This document shows positions 11,233-20,940 of a stretch of DNA of 64,000 bases, piece after piece. Where the stretch lies: positions 630,615-694,614 of the forward strand of contig JBBTTO010000002.1 of assembly GCA_038064195.1 (NCBI GenBank), given 5' to 3'. The position numbers and the translations under genes were made by a program. The DNA comes from Patescibacteria group bacterium. Its GTDB lineage: Bacteria > Patescibacteriota > Microgenomatia > Levybacterales > UBA12049. Each line of letters starts with the position of its first letter. Position 1 is the stretch's first letter. The notes under the pieces were generated by a model. The model worked only from the letters and a program-made list of their open reading frames with translations, did not search any database and had not been told where the DNA came from.

Positions 11233-11371
11233 GGAGCAATTGTAACATAATATCAACAAAGGTAGGTTTGATATAGACAATAACAGTATGTCTTATTGAC
11301 AAAAATACGCGAAAAGTTCTATGATTTTTCTTATACAGTTATTCTGCCCAAATAGATTAACTGCTCACTGT

Positions 11372-12004
11372 ATGCCAGGAGTTTTATACCGCAAAGAAAG
11401 AGAACTACTCACATTTTTAGCCCAATTCCAGTCTAAGAATGGATTTTCCCCGACTCTTCGTGAGATGGCTAATGCCACGGGTCATCGCAGCGTCTCGACC
11501 ATTCATGCTATCATCAGGAATTTAGTTGATAAAGGCTATATCCAAAAAGATGACGGGAACGCCCGTGTGTTGAAGATCAAAGACGAAAATGCTGTGCCGC
11601 TTATCGCTAAGCAAATTCAGCCGTCTGTTGAGTTGCCCCTGATGGGTTTTATAGCTGCCGGACAGCCTTTAGAGCCGCATACGGATCCCAATGCATCGTT
11701 CCAGGTCTCAGCCTCCATGTTATCCGGGAAAAATACGTCGTATGTCCTTCAGGTCAAAGGCGAGTCCATGATAGAGGAGGGAATCTTAGACGGAGACTAT
11801 GTAGTCATCGAAAAAGTCAGCACGGCGACTAACGGCGAGATAGTTGTAGCACTCGTTGATGACAATTTAGCCACGCTTAAGAAATTTTATAAAGAAGATG
11901 GAAGAATAGTACTCAAGCCGGCTAACTCCAAGATGGAGCCTATCTATCCGGGAAGCCTCCGTATTCAAGGCCGAGTCGTCGGCCTCGTCCGCCGTTACCA
12001 ATAA
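11372..12004 (+). CDS. lexA: LexA repressor (paralogue 1), divergent from uvrB
   Basis: wHTH SPTLREMA, Ala-Gly cleavage site IAAGQP, VKGESM (Ser), TLKKF (Lys). Confidence 0.93.
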   Translation: MPGVLYRKERELLTFLAQFQSKNGFSPTLREMANATGHRSVSTIHAIIRNLVDKGYIQKDDGNARVLKIKDENAVPLIAKQIQPSVELPLMGFIAAGQPLEPHTDPNASFQVSASMLSGKNTSYVLQVKGESMIEEGILDGDYVVIEKVSTATNGEIVVALVDDNLATLKKFYKEDGRIVLKPANSKMEPIYPGSLRIQGRVVGLVRRYQ

Positions 12005-12036
12005 TTATTTGTTACCAAACATGCTATAATTTCCCC

Positions 12037-12642
12037 ATGATCAAAGCTGGAATTTTTGATATTGGTGGCGTTCTTTTGAGGTGGACAAATTTACCTCTCT
12101 TTGAAGATATAGATCAGACACTCCTGATTACCGAGGAGCAAAGAAATGAGCACTGGCTCAAATACATGAATCTTCTTGAAGTTGGAAAGATTACGGAGAA
12201 AGAATTTTGGGAAGGATTTATAAAGGATACAGGAGCCAAAGGTGAACTTCCTGAAGAATCCCTGCTTCAAAGACGGTTTAAAGAACGCCTCACCATTGAT
12301 GAGGAGGTACTTAAAATCCCCCATGAGCTGAAGGGAAAAGGACATAAAATTGCCATTATTTCCAATACCATAACTCCTCATGCTGAGGCGATGAAGGCTA
12401 CCACGCTTTTTTCAGGATTTGATGTTGTCGTTCTTTCTAATGAAATAGGTCACCGTAAGCCGGGCAACGAGATATTTGAGCTGACTCTTTCGCGGCTGGG
12501 AGTTGCCCCTGAGGAATCATTTTTTGTTGATGATTTGCCGGTTAATGCGGACGCGGCTTCAGCCTTCGGCATACACGGGATAGTCTTTCATGACAGAGAT
12601 CAGTTGCGCCGGGAAATTACAAAGCTTGGGGTGAAAATCTGA
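12037..12642 (+). CDS. HAD family phosphatase
   Basis: FDIGGV, ISNT, KP, FVDD motifs. Confidence 0.9.
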   Translation: MIKAGIFDIGGVLLRWTNLPLFEDIDQTLLITEEQRNEHWLKYMNLLEVGKITEKEFWEGFIKDTGAKGELPEESLLQRRFKERLTIDEEVLKIPHELKGKGHKIAIISNTITPHAEAMKATTLFSGFDVVVLSNEIGHRKPGNEIFELTLSRLGVAPEESFFVDDLPVNADAASAFGIHGIVFHDRDQLRREITKLGVKI

Positions 12643-13376
12643 TGGGTACATTATTTATTGTAGCGACACCGCTTGGTAACCTTGAGGACATTACGATTCG
12701 CGCTATCAAAACTCTCTTCTCAGTTGACGGTATAGCCTGTGAAGATACCCGAAAGACTGGCCAGCTACTTCGTGAGCTCCAAAAACGTTATCCTGAGTTG
12801 GCTACCCCGCAAAACGGCGAAAAATTCCAGCGCATGCTCTCGTACTATGAAGAGAATGAAAAGCAGCGTATTCCCGAGCTAATCACTGCGCTGAAAAACG
12901 GGCTGAATATCGCCTTGGTCTCAGATGCCGGGACCCCCACAGTCTCAGATCCGGGCTTTCGTCTTGTCCGTGAATGTGTGAAGGAGGGGATCGCAGTTGA
13001 TTCACTTCCGGGGCCGTCATCAGTAATTCTCGCCCTCACACTTTCAGGTCTTCCGACTGATAAATTCACATTTCTTGGCTATCCACCGCGAAAGCCGGGT
13101 CATCGCAAAACGTTTTTTACCAAAGCTAAAAACTCTCAGGAAGATGTTTCAAGTACCATGATATTTTTTGAAGCTCCCCATCGCATGCTGCAGTTTTTGG
13201 AGGAGTTACTTGAGGTTTTCGGTGATATTCACATCGTCATTTGCCGCGAAATGACAAAAATCCATCAGGAAATCAGACGGGAGTTGATCTCACAGTCGCT
13301 GACCCACTTCAAAAAAACATTCCCTAAGGGTGAATTTGTCGTTTTGTTGAATCTTCATGAACAGCCTGAGGCTTAA
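12642..13376 (+). CDS. rsmI: 16S rRNA (cytidine1402-2'-O)-methyltransferase
   Basis: VATPLGNLEDIT, CEDTR, VSDAGTPTVSDPG, FEAPHR, REMTK, KGE. Confidence 0.95.
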   Translation: MGTLFIVATPLGNLEDITIRAIKTLFSVDGIACEDTRKTGQLLRELQKRYPELATPQNGEKFQRMLSYYEENEKQRIPELITALKNGLNIALVSDAGTPTVSDPGFRLVRECVKEGIAVDSLPGPSSVILALTLSGLPTDKFTFLGYPPRKPGHRKTFFTKAKNSQEDVSSTMIFFEAPHRMLQFLEELLEVFGDIHIVICREMTKIHQEIRRELISQSLTHFKKTFPKGEFVVLLNLHEQPEA

Positions 13377-15052
13377 TAATCTTCAAGCGTTGATGTGTCA
13401 CCGATTGGCTGGCCGAGCTCTTTGGCTTTTAAAATTCTCCTCATAATCTTCCCTGATCTGGTTTTTGGCAATGCAGCGATAAATTCTATCTCGCGCGGAT
13501 AGGCGTGATCTGCCAAATGCTTCTTGACGTGTTCCTGAAGTCTGGTTTTCAGATCATCAGATCCTTCAACGCCTTCTTTCAGCACCACAAAAGCTTTGAT
13601 TATCTGACCCCGGACTGCGTCCGGCTTACCGATTACCCCCGCCTCAATTACCCCCGGGTAACTGATGAGCGCTGACTCCACCTCAAAAGGGCCGACGCGC
13701 TCACCGCTGGTGTTGATCACATCGTCTGCTCTCCCGATAAACCAGTAATAACCATCAGTATCTTTCTTAGCGCGATCTCCTGATATATACCAGCCCGCAT
13801 TGGCTACGCCAGAAGCGTTGCTGGCGGGCCAACCGTTGATAAAGTAAGAATCGTATTTTTCCTGATTTTGCCAGACTGTCCGCATAAGTGATGGCCAAGG
13901 GGGTTTGATAGCGAGATTTCCTTCAGAATTGGCGGGAAGTATATTCCCCTGGTCATCTACAATTGCCGCTTCAATCCAGGGCAAAGGCTTGCCCATCGAG
14001 CCCGGCTTGAGAGGGAGATCCGGGGTATTGGCAATCATAATCGAACCTGTCTCTGTCTGCCACCAGGTATCATGAAAATAGTTACCATGGAATACTTTTT
14101 GACTCCAAAGTAACGGTTCAGGATTGAGCGGCTCACCAACTGATGCTAAGTAGCGAAGAGCTGAGAGATCAAATGTAGCGAGAAACTCGTCTCCTTTAGC
14201 CATCAGCATACGAATAGCAGTCGGAGCGGTGTACCAGACGGTGATTTTATGCTTTTGCAGCAGGGAATACCAGATCCGGGGATCGAACTTGCCGTTGTGA
14301 ACAAAGATTGTTGTGCCGATTGACAGGGGGGCTAAGATGCCATAGACAATTCCTGTTACCCAACCGGGATCGGCCGTACACCAATAGATATCCTGAGGCT
14401 CAAGGGTGAGGCAAAGTCTGGCGCTCTCTACTTGCTGAACGAGCCCTGCGTGTGCATGCATGATACCCTTAGGATGGCCGGTCGTACCTGAGGTATAGAG
14501 CATGAAAGCATAGTCCTCCGGTCTGGTGTGAATGACAGAAAACACGTCTGAGGCTCCGGCCAGTTCTTGCTGATAAGCCGGATCGTCCACAATGAAGATA
14601 TACTCAAGATTAGGGAGTTCGTCTTTAACTGCGATAATTCGTTCAGAGAGCTCCTTAGTAGTAAATACTGCTTTTGCTTTAGCATTACCCAGTCTGTCTT
14701 TGAGTGCATCTGAGCCGAAGGCCGAGAACATTGTACCCGCGATAGCACCTGTTTTGACAATTCCGAGGAAGTTAATATATAGCTCAGGGACACGGGGGAG
14801 GAAAAGGAACACCCGGTCACCTTTATTGACAGCCTTGGCTGAAAGCAAATTAGCAATTTTGTTACTGGCCTTGCTCAGATCCTCATACGTATATTCTCTT
14901 ATTTTACCGTTGTCATCTTCAACAATGAGTGCCTTTTTATTTCCGTTCCCCTCTAGCAAATGCTTGTCCAGCACCGCGTGCGCGATATTAAGGTTGCCGT
15001 CGTTAAAAAGGCTTAGTAAATGTGATTTTTCGTCCCAGCTAAACTGAGTCAT
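13373..15052 (-). CDS. acsA: Acetate--CoA ligase (AMP-forming)
   Basis: YTSGTTGHPKG, TADPGWVTG, SVGEPLNPE, DTWWQTETG, PKTRSGKIMRR. Confidence 0.92.
   Translation of the reverse strand: MTQFSWDEKSHLLSLFNDGNLNIAHAVLDKHLLEGNGNKKALIVEDDNGKIREYTYEDLSKASNKIANLLSAKAVNKGDRVFLFLPRVPELYINFLGIVKTGAIAGTMFSAFGSDALKDRLGNAKAKAVFTTKELSERIIAVKDELPNLEYIFIVDDPAYQQELAGASDVFSVIHTRPEDYAFMLYTSGTTGHPKGIMHAHAGLVQQVESARLCLTLEPQDIYWCTADPGWVTGIVYGILAPLSIGTTIFVHNGKFDPRIWYSLLQKHKITVWYTAPTAIRMLMAKGDEFLATFDLSALRYLASVGEPLNPEPLLWSQKVFHGNYFHDTWWQTETGSIMIANTPDLPLKPGSMGKPLPWIEAAIVDDQGNILPANSEGNLAIKPPWPSLMRTVWQNQEKYDSYFINGWPASNASGVANAGWYISGDRAKKDTDGYYWFIGRADDVINTSGERVGPFEVESALISYPGVIEAGVIGKPDAVRGQIIKAFVVLKEGVEGSDDLKTRLQEHVKKHLADHAYPREIEFIAALPKTRSGKIMRRILKAKELGQPIGDTSTLEDY
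13793..13829. repeat. Palindromic element inserted in-frame in acsA
   Basis: GCCCGC...GCGGGC termini, flanking CCA duplication, encodes PASNASGVANAG. Confidence 0.8.
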
Positions 15053-15078
15053 AATATTAGCCCTACCAAATTGCAATG

Positions 15079-16359
15079 CTAGCGGCCAGCCTCAGGTGTC
15101 CTAGCCTGCTGGAGTTGAGCTTCGATCTGGAGAAGACGATTGTACTTGGTTACCCGCTCACCTCTGGCCGGCCCGCCGAATTTAACGTAATCGGCAGCCA
15201 CAGCGACGGAAAAATCTGCAATAAAATCATCGTTAGTGTCCCCGCTGCGGTGTGAGACGATGATTTTAAGACCCGCATGTCTGGCTATCTCCACAACTGC
15301 TAAGGCCTCAATGACAGTGCCAATCTGGTTTGGCTTGATGACCAGCCCGTTAATAGCTGTTTTGTTGAGTGCCATCTGTAGTCTGACTGGGTTGGTAGCT
15401 GTAAGATCATCCCCGACGACGAGGGAATGCTGGCTGAGTTTTGGCAAAATTTCTGTCCAGCCTTCCCAATCATCTTCGCCTAATGGATCTTCAAGATAGA
15501 GAATATGATATTTTTTTATCATTTCCTCATAGAATGCGATCAGCTCAGACGACTTCATGGCTGAAGGTTTGTCCTTGATTTTATAGAGCTGATCGGCATA
15601 AAAATTTTTAGCGGAGGCATCTACCCCGATGAATATGTCATATCCCAGCCTCCAACTGGCGCTTGAAACTGCTTGCTCTATCAACTCAAAAGCATCTTCA
15701 TTCTTTTCAAATATCGGCGCAAATCCGCCTTCGTCCCCTATAGTTGTTCCCCGATGGTTTTTTGCCAGTACTTTCCTGATATTACGATAAACCGCTACCC
15801 CCATTCCCAGCGACTCGGAAAATGACTGATAGGTAGCAGGAATGACCAAAAATTCCTGAAGATCAATATTATTACCGGCATGAAGCCCTCCATTGATCAA
15901 GCTCATGGCGGGAGTCGGTATTTTCAGAGGGAGATTTTCCTTCGCTATATAATTGCGGAGATACAGAAAAAGTGGAAGAGACTGGCTTTTAGCAGCAGCT
16001 TTAGCCACAGCTTGTGAGACAGCGTAAGTAGTATTACCCCCCAATTTTGATTTTGTAATAGTGCCGTCAAGATCTATCAGTGTCCTGTCGACATACTGCT
16101 GGTTAGACGCGTCCATACCCATGAGTGCGGGAGATATCACCTCCTGAATATTCTGTATGCCCCGCAGAACTCCCATACCCTCGTATTGATTAGGATCTCC
16201 GTCCCGTATTTCAAAAGCCTCATAGGAACTTTTTGAGGTACCGCTGGGAGAGGAAGCGGTGGCGGTCGTTCCGTCACTTAAGCCTGCAGTTACCTCTATA
16301 GTCGGAATACCGCGTGAATCAAGTATTTGTCGAGCCAGGAGTTGTTTAATTGTTGCCAT
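15079..16359 (-). CDS. eno: Enolase
   Basis: ILDSRGIPT, GDEGGFAP, VGDDL, KPNQIG, SHRSG, RGER-KYN. Confidence 0.95.
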   Translation of the reverse strand: MATIKQLLARQILDSRGIPTIEVTAGLSDGTTATASSPSGTSKSSYEAFEIRDGDPNQYEGMGVLRGIQNIQEVISPALMGMDASNQQYVDRTLIDLDGTITKSKLGGNTTYAVSQAVAKAAAKSQSLPLFLYLRNYIAKENLPLKIPTPAMSLINGGLHAGNNIDLQEFLVIPATYQSFSESLGMGVAVYRNIRKVLAKNHRGTTIGDEGGFAPIFEKNEDAFELIEQAVSSASWRLGYDIFIGVDASAKNFYADQLYKIKDKPSAMKSSELIAFYEEMIKKYHILYLEDPLGEDDWEGWTEILPKLSQHSLVVGDDLTATNPVRLQMALNKTAINGLVIKPNQIGTVIEALAVVEIARHAGLKIIVSHRSGDTNDDFIADFSVAVAADYVKFGGPARGERVTKYNRLLQIEAQLQQARTPEAGR

Positions 16360-16362
16360 AGG

Positions 16363-18627
16363 TTATTTAGTGAGTTTATTTTCAATATCTGCAATAGTCC
16401 TGCGTACCGAGTCGATAGCATCCGGGGAGACTGAGACACTTGTCACACCCCATTCCACAAGTTTCTCCACTAGTTTTGGGTAGAGTGAAGGAGCCTGCCC
16501 ACAAATTGATGAGGTAATATGATATTTGTGGGCAATTTTGATAGCGCGCTCAAGCGCCCAGAGCACCGCCTCATTTTGTTCGTCAAATTCCTGGGCTACT
16601 TCGCTATTATCCCGATCTGTTCCAAGGATGAGCATGGTCAGATCGTTGGAGCCGATTGAGATACCGTCAATGCCTTCTTCAATAAATTTGTCAAGGAGAA
16701 TAATGTTGGAGGGAATCTCAACCATCATCCATAGCTTAAAAGTCGGCGAGCGGTGGAGATCATTTTTAGCCAAAATCTTTTTAACCTCCTGAAGTTCCTT
16801 AACTGTTCTGACAAATGGCAGCATGAGAGACAGATTTTTAAGATTTTTCCTGTTACGCACCAGCTTGATCGCATCGAGTTCAAGTTTGAAAACCTCCGGG
16901 TCGTGAATATAGCGGAACGCTCCCCTGTACCCAAGCATAGGATTAGGCTCCACAGGCTCGTAACTTTTACCGCCGATAAGCCCCCTGTATTCATTGGTTT
17001 TAAAGTCCGATGCCCTATACACAACCGGCCGGGGGCTAAAAGCCGAGCAAAACTTTTCAAGTGCGTCTGCTAAAGTTTGGACAAAGACGTCTTTTTTACC
17101 GTCGTGAATGAGTTTTTTTGGGTGGGTTCCGATATTTGCCATGATGAATTCAGCACGAAGCAATCCGATACCGTCTACCTGCTGGGAAGCTACTTTTTCC
17201 GCCAGATCAGGCTGAGCCAAATTGACGTAGACACGGGTTGCGGTCTTAATGTGCTCTGTCGGGATGATTGACTGGGTGGTAGGTGGGGACTTGGAGAGAC
17301 CGCCTTTATAAACTTCACCTAACGCACCGTTAACGGTGACGACCATGTCTGGTTTTAGTATCTCAGTTGCGTTTTCCGTTCCGACGACAGCCGGTATCCC
17401 GAGCTCACGCGAGACAATGGCGGCATGTGAGGTCCGCCCGCCCTTGTCAGTAACAATTGCCACGGCTTTCTTCATTCCAGGAACAAAGTCAGGGTTGGTT
17501 TGAGGAGCGACCATGATATCCCCGGGCATCATTTTATTTAAGTCTCCTGCGGATCTGATAATTTTGACAGGACCTGATGCTATACCGGGGGAGGCGGGAG
17601 CGCCTTTAGTAAGCAATGGGAGATGCCGTGTCTCCTCGCTATGGCTCTCAACTTTTTTGGTTGAGATAGTAGTAATCGGTCTTGTCTGGACAATAAACGG
17701 CTTATTATCAACAACAGCCCACTCGATGTCCTGGGGGAAATAATAATGCCTTTCAAGTTTTTTGCCTAAAATTGCCAAATCGAGAATAAGATTGTCACTG
17801 ATTTTTTGCTTTTTACCTTCTTTCTTCTGAATTTTGACCTCTTTATTAACTCCTCTGACTTTTACCAGCTTAATGTGTTGCTCAGCGACTTGCTTTTGCA
17901 TGATTGTCATTTTAGCTTTATCAATTTCGTAGTGATCAGGCGTGACTTCTCCCTGTACGATCAATTCCCCCAGACCGTAGATTGCCTCAATAACGAGCTT
18001 GGATTTCTCATTGGTGACAGGGTCGATGGTGAACATGATACCGGAGCGCTCAGACTCAATCATTTTCTGTACAACAATTGCAATTCCGACGCGGAAATGG
18101 TCAAATTTCTGTTCGTGGCGATAGAATATAGCCCGAGCGTCAAAAAGAGAGGCCCAGGCTTCTTTAATTTTAAGAATAAGGTTACTGTCACCAAGGACAT
18201 TAAGAAAAGTCTCCTGTTGTCCGGCAAAGGATGCACCCGGAAGGTCTTCAGCTGTGGCGCTGGAACGGACGGCGACTAATGCGTCTCCCAGTCTGCCGCT
18301 GAGAGTGCCGTAAGCAGTAAATACCTCATGTGTGAGTGTCTCACTGATCTCCTCATGCATAATCATCTTTTTGATATGATCTGAGACTTGCTGGAGGGAT
18401 TCCTGTCTGTCAAAATTAATTGTTCCGAGAAGATGATTTATCTTGGTTGTTAAATTATGATCTTTGAGGAATTGAAAGTAGGCCTGCGCGGTAACGATAA
18501 ATCCCGGGGGGACAGGGAAGCCTGCCTGAGTCATTTCGCCTAAATTGGCACCTTTGCCACCTACACGAGGAATGTCGTCTTTATCGACATCCTTAAACCA
18601 CAACAGTAACGAGCTCTTTTCGGGCAT
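16363..18627 (-). CDS. ppsA: Phosphoenolpyruvate synthase
   Basis: VGGKGANLGE, VRSSATAEDL, GGRTSHAAIVSRE, GSNDLT. Confidence 0.96.
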   Translation of the reverse strand: MPEKSSLLLWFKDVDKDDIPRVGGKGANLGEMTQAGFPVPPGFIVTAQAYFQFLKDHNLTTKINHLLGTINFDRQESLQQVSDHIKKMIMHEEISETLTHEVFTAYGTLSGRLGDALVAVRSSATAEDLPGASFAGQQETFLNVLGDSNLILKIKEAWASLFDARAIFYRHEQKFDHFRVGIAIVVQKMIESERSGIMFTIDPVTNEKSKLVIEAIYGLGELIVQGEVTPDHYEIDKAKMTIMQKQVAEQHIKLVKVRGVNKEVKIQKKEGKKQKISDNLILDLAILGKKLERHYYFPQDIEWAVVDNKPFIVQTRPITTISTKKVESHSEETRHLPLLTKGAPASPGIASGPVKIIRSAGDLNKMMPGDIMVAPQTNPDFVPGMKKAVAIVTDKGGRTSHAAIVSRELGIPAVVGTENATEILKPDMVVTVNGALGEVYKGGLSKSPPTTQSIIPTEHIKTATRVYVNLAQPDLAEKVASQQVDGIGLLRAEFIMANIGTHPKKLIHDGKKDVFVQTLADALEKFCSAFSPRPVVYRASDFKTNEYRGLIGGKSYEPVEPNPMLGYRGAFRYIHDPEVFKLELDAIKLVRNRKNLKNLSLMLPFVRTVKELQEVKKILAKNDLHRSPTFKLWMMVEIPSNIILLDKFIEEGIDGISIGSNDLTMLILGTDRDNSEVAQEFDEQNEAVLWALERAIKIAHKYHITSSICGQAPSLYPKLVEKLVEWGVTSVSVSPDAIDSVRRTIADIENKLTK

Positions 18628-18677
18628 TAATTACATTATGAGATGAGATCTTTAAAATAGCAAGATATCTGAGAACG

Positions 18678-18710
18678 AAAAACGCCCCCGAGCTGATAGC
18701 CAGGGGGCGT
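18678..18710 (-). terminator. Intrinsic terminator
   Basis: ACGCCCCC/GGGGGCGT stem followed by a T-tract on the minus strand. Confidence 0.7.
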
Positions 18711-18734
18711 GTGAATTGACGTGAAAGTGGTAGG

Positions 18735-19151
18735 TTAGGCGATGACGTGGACCTTCCTGCTCATGAGCTCGGCGGCGTTGTTGATGAGCTCATCTAAAGA
18801 GCTGGAAACGATTACGTTTTCCGGTTGCTCTTCACCGAGCATTGGATTGTCCGATGGATCGAATACCAGTTGCTTCGTTGAAGCTCTCCTCGAGATGCTT
18901 TCAAAGTCATCAAGGTAAGTTTTCCAGTCGTTGCCGGTGAACCAGCCCCTGATGATCAGGATGGCATTGATTTTGCTTTGTTTTCCCTTCAAGGGAGCAA
19001 CGAGCACACGACCATCCGCATTGGAGACACCTTTTTTTTTGAGGCGAGCCACGACCTCGTCTCGCTGTGAACCTTCCGGATTCATCAGCACAAGGACTCG
19101 ATCCATGTAGCCTTGAGCAACTGGTCCGCTTGGATCAGTTTTCATTGTCAC
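18735..19151 (-). CDS. Hypothetical protein
   Basis: 138-aa ORF, GAGGGGGAG RBS before GTG, own terminator. Confidence 0.65.
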   Translation of the reverse strand: MTMKTDPSGPVAQGYMDRVLVLMNPEGSQRDEVVARLKKKGVSNADGRVLVAPLKGKQSKINAILIIRGWFTGNDWKTYLDDFESISRRASTKQLVFDPSDNPMLGEEQPENVIVSSSLDELINNAAELMSRKVHVIA

Positions 19152-19385
19152 GGTTTTTCTCCCCCTCGTACTATTACCACTCTCGTGAGCGGCCCTTGCA
19201 AATCCGATGTTCTCGGACCTCTAAGCGCCGCTTACGAGTAAACCACTTTCAACGTGCAAAAACTAAAAACTCCTCATTGTCGTTCTTGAAGCGTATATCA
19301 AGAGGAATAGTGAGAAAGTTGTAGGAGAAGTATAGAGGGTTTGTTAGGGAAATGCAACTATAGGCTGTTGTTGAGCTGATTAGAT

Positions 19386-20429
19386 TTATTCCTTGAGCTT
19401 TTCCTTAAACCAGTCCACCCAGGGGTTGACGGCCGGGTTTTGGTCATAACGGAGTGCCAGGAAGATAGTCATATAGCAACCATATGCCAGGACTTCGAGG
19501 AAATCTTCGTAAATCGTTGACCCGCTGGCCATGAACTCGTGCATCTCATGCCCGTTTTGCTTGATCACATCCATGGTAAGTGTCATACGTTTTTTGATCT
19601 TGGGGGAGTAATTAGGCGAGTTCAGGATGAGAAAATGAAGCGGATGAGCTGTCGGGAATTGAAGTCCTTCCATGAGATGGTGATTAAGATCAGGAACGAG
19701 ATAGTAACAGGAAAAAGTCTTACTGGTCTCATTAAATTGGTTACGGAAAATTTGCGCATTACCCGCCAAGTGTTCACCGGCGATTATGACCGGAATTTTA
19801 TTTTCAAAAACTTCAAATTCACGTAATGCTTGACCTTTAATCTCAGGCAACTTCTCCTCAAGCCTGGTGATGGCATCACTGATTTCTTTGTCCTCAATAT
19901 CAATAATTCTGGCTTTGTTCAGAAGGCCGATAAGTCCCAAGATGCTGTAGCCATTGCCAAGTCGGGGTACACCGGAAGGGTTGTATTTACCGTCGAAAAC
20001 ATAAGCCGGGATATTATTTGCCTTGGCAAATTCTGCTAACTGACCGCCTCTAGTCAGGACGAGCATTTTAGCTTTTTTAGCCTTAGCCTCCTCAGCGCAG
20101 GAAAGAACCTCTTCAGTAGTGCCCGAGTAAGATGTAAGCACTACCAGTGAGTTCTCCCCCACATAAGCCGGGAGGTGGTAGTCAGTTACAACTTCACTTG
20201 GATACTGCATCTGCAGACCCAAGAGTGATTTGGTAACGAGTGCGCCGTAAATTGATGCACCCATGCCGCAAAAAACGATATTCTTTATTCCGTCGCTACT
20301 GAAGTTGACCTCAATCTTATTAACCTCATCCCAGGCGGCTTGGCACTGCTTGACCATGAGGTCTGTCGAACCATACGTATCACGAGGATCAATTTTTTTA
20401 ATGGCTTCAAGATCGTTTACGTTTTGCAT
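19386..20429 (-). CDS. Bifunctional phosphoglucose/phosphomannose isomerase (SIS)
   Basis: CGMGAS, SYSGTTEE, NETSK, NHH motifs. Confidence 0.9.
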   Translation of the reverse strand: MQNVNDLEAIKKIDPRDTYGSTDLMVKQCQAAWDEVNKIEVNFSSDGIKNIVFCGMGASIYGALVTKSLLGLQMQYPSEVVTDYHLPAYVGENSLVVLTSYSGTTEEVLSCAEEAKAKKAKMLVLTRGGQLAEFAKANNIPAYVFDGKYNPSGVPRLGNGYSILGLIGLLNKARIIDIEDKEISDAITRLEEKLPEIKGQALREFEVFENKIPVIIAGEHLAGNAQIFRNQFNETSKTFSCYYLVPDLNHHLMEGLQFPTAHPLHFLILNSPNYSPKIKKRMTLTMDVIKQNGHEMHEFMASGSTIYEDFLEVLAYGCYMTIFLALRYDQNPAVNPWVDWFKEKLKE

Positions 20430-20443
20430 ATATGAATGATTTT

Positions 20444-20512
20444 CCCAGATTTGAAACAGATTAACACAGATATTAATATCTGTGAGAAATTAGTACTTAT
20501 CCGTGTAAATCC
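20444..20512. repeat. Short-period inverted repeat (CAGAT/ATCTGTG type)
   Basis: CCCAGAT-AACAGAT-CACAGAT arm versus ATCTGTG...ATCCGTG arm; overlaps the cupin gene stop. Confidence 0.55.
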
Positions 20513-20940
20513 TTCCTATCTTTTATTCGCATTTCTTCTGTCTCGTCCGGACGTTTGTAATCATCTTCAAGCCGGAAAGTTGTTCCAATCTCAGGAGTTG
20601 AAACCTCAAAAATATCACAATCAGTAATCCCGATCAGACGATGACGTTGTCCGACCATACTCGTAAACCCCTGATCTGTTACTAACTCTGTCTCGATTAA
20701 CTCCCCCGTGTCATTATCCCACATGACTTTCGCCTTACCTGATTTAAGGATCCAGCTCTCGACTTTTTTGTCATGTACCTGAAGAGAGAGGCGTTTACCT
20801 GCTTCTACATGGATTATTTTCCCCGTATAGGGGAGGTGAGGAGGGGTGAAGATCAGCTCAAATCCCCATGGCTTCTCAACCCTTATCGAGAAAGGATCAT
20901 TTGAGAAAGCATCTTTTTTAAATTGCTTATAATCCGTCAT
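20497..20940 (-). CDS. Cupin protein (type II mannose-6-phosphate isomerase-like)
   Basis: VEKPWG, LSLQVH, RHRL, EVSTPE, RLEDDY. Confidence 0.85.
   Translation of the reverse strand: MTDYKQFKKDAFSNDPFSIRVEKPWGFELIFTPPHLPYTGKIIHVEAGKRLSLQVHDKKVESWILKSGKAKVMWDNDTGELIETELVTDQGFTSMVGQRHRLIGITDCDIFEVSTPEIGTTFRLEDDYKRPDETEEMRIKDRKDLHG

Noticed and set aside
11233-11371. SOS box between uvrB and lexA1
   Set aside because: Only weak dyads (ATATCAA/TTGATAT, AGACA/TGTCT); no repeated motif shared with uvrA or polX upstream regions
15646-15664. SASWR in enolase as another palindrome insertion
   Set aside because: Segment length matches the usual enolase loop and the palindrome is poor
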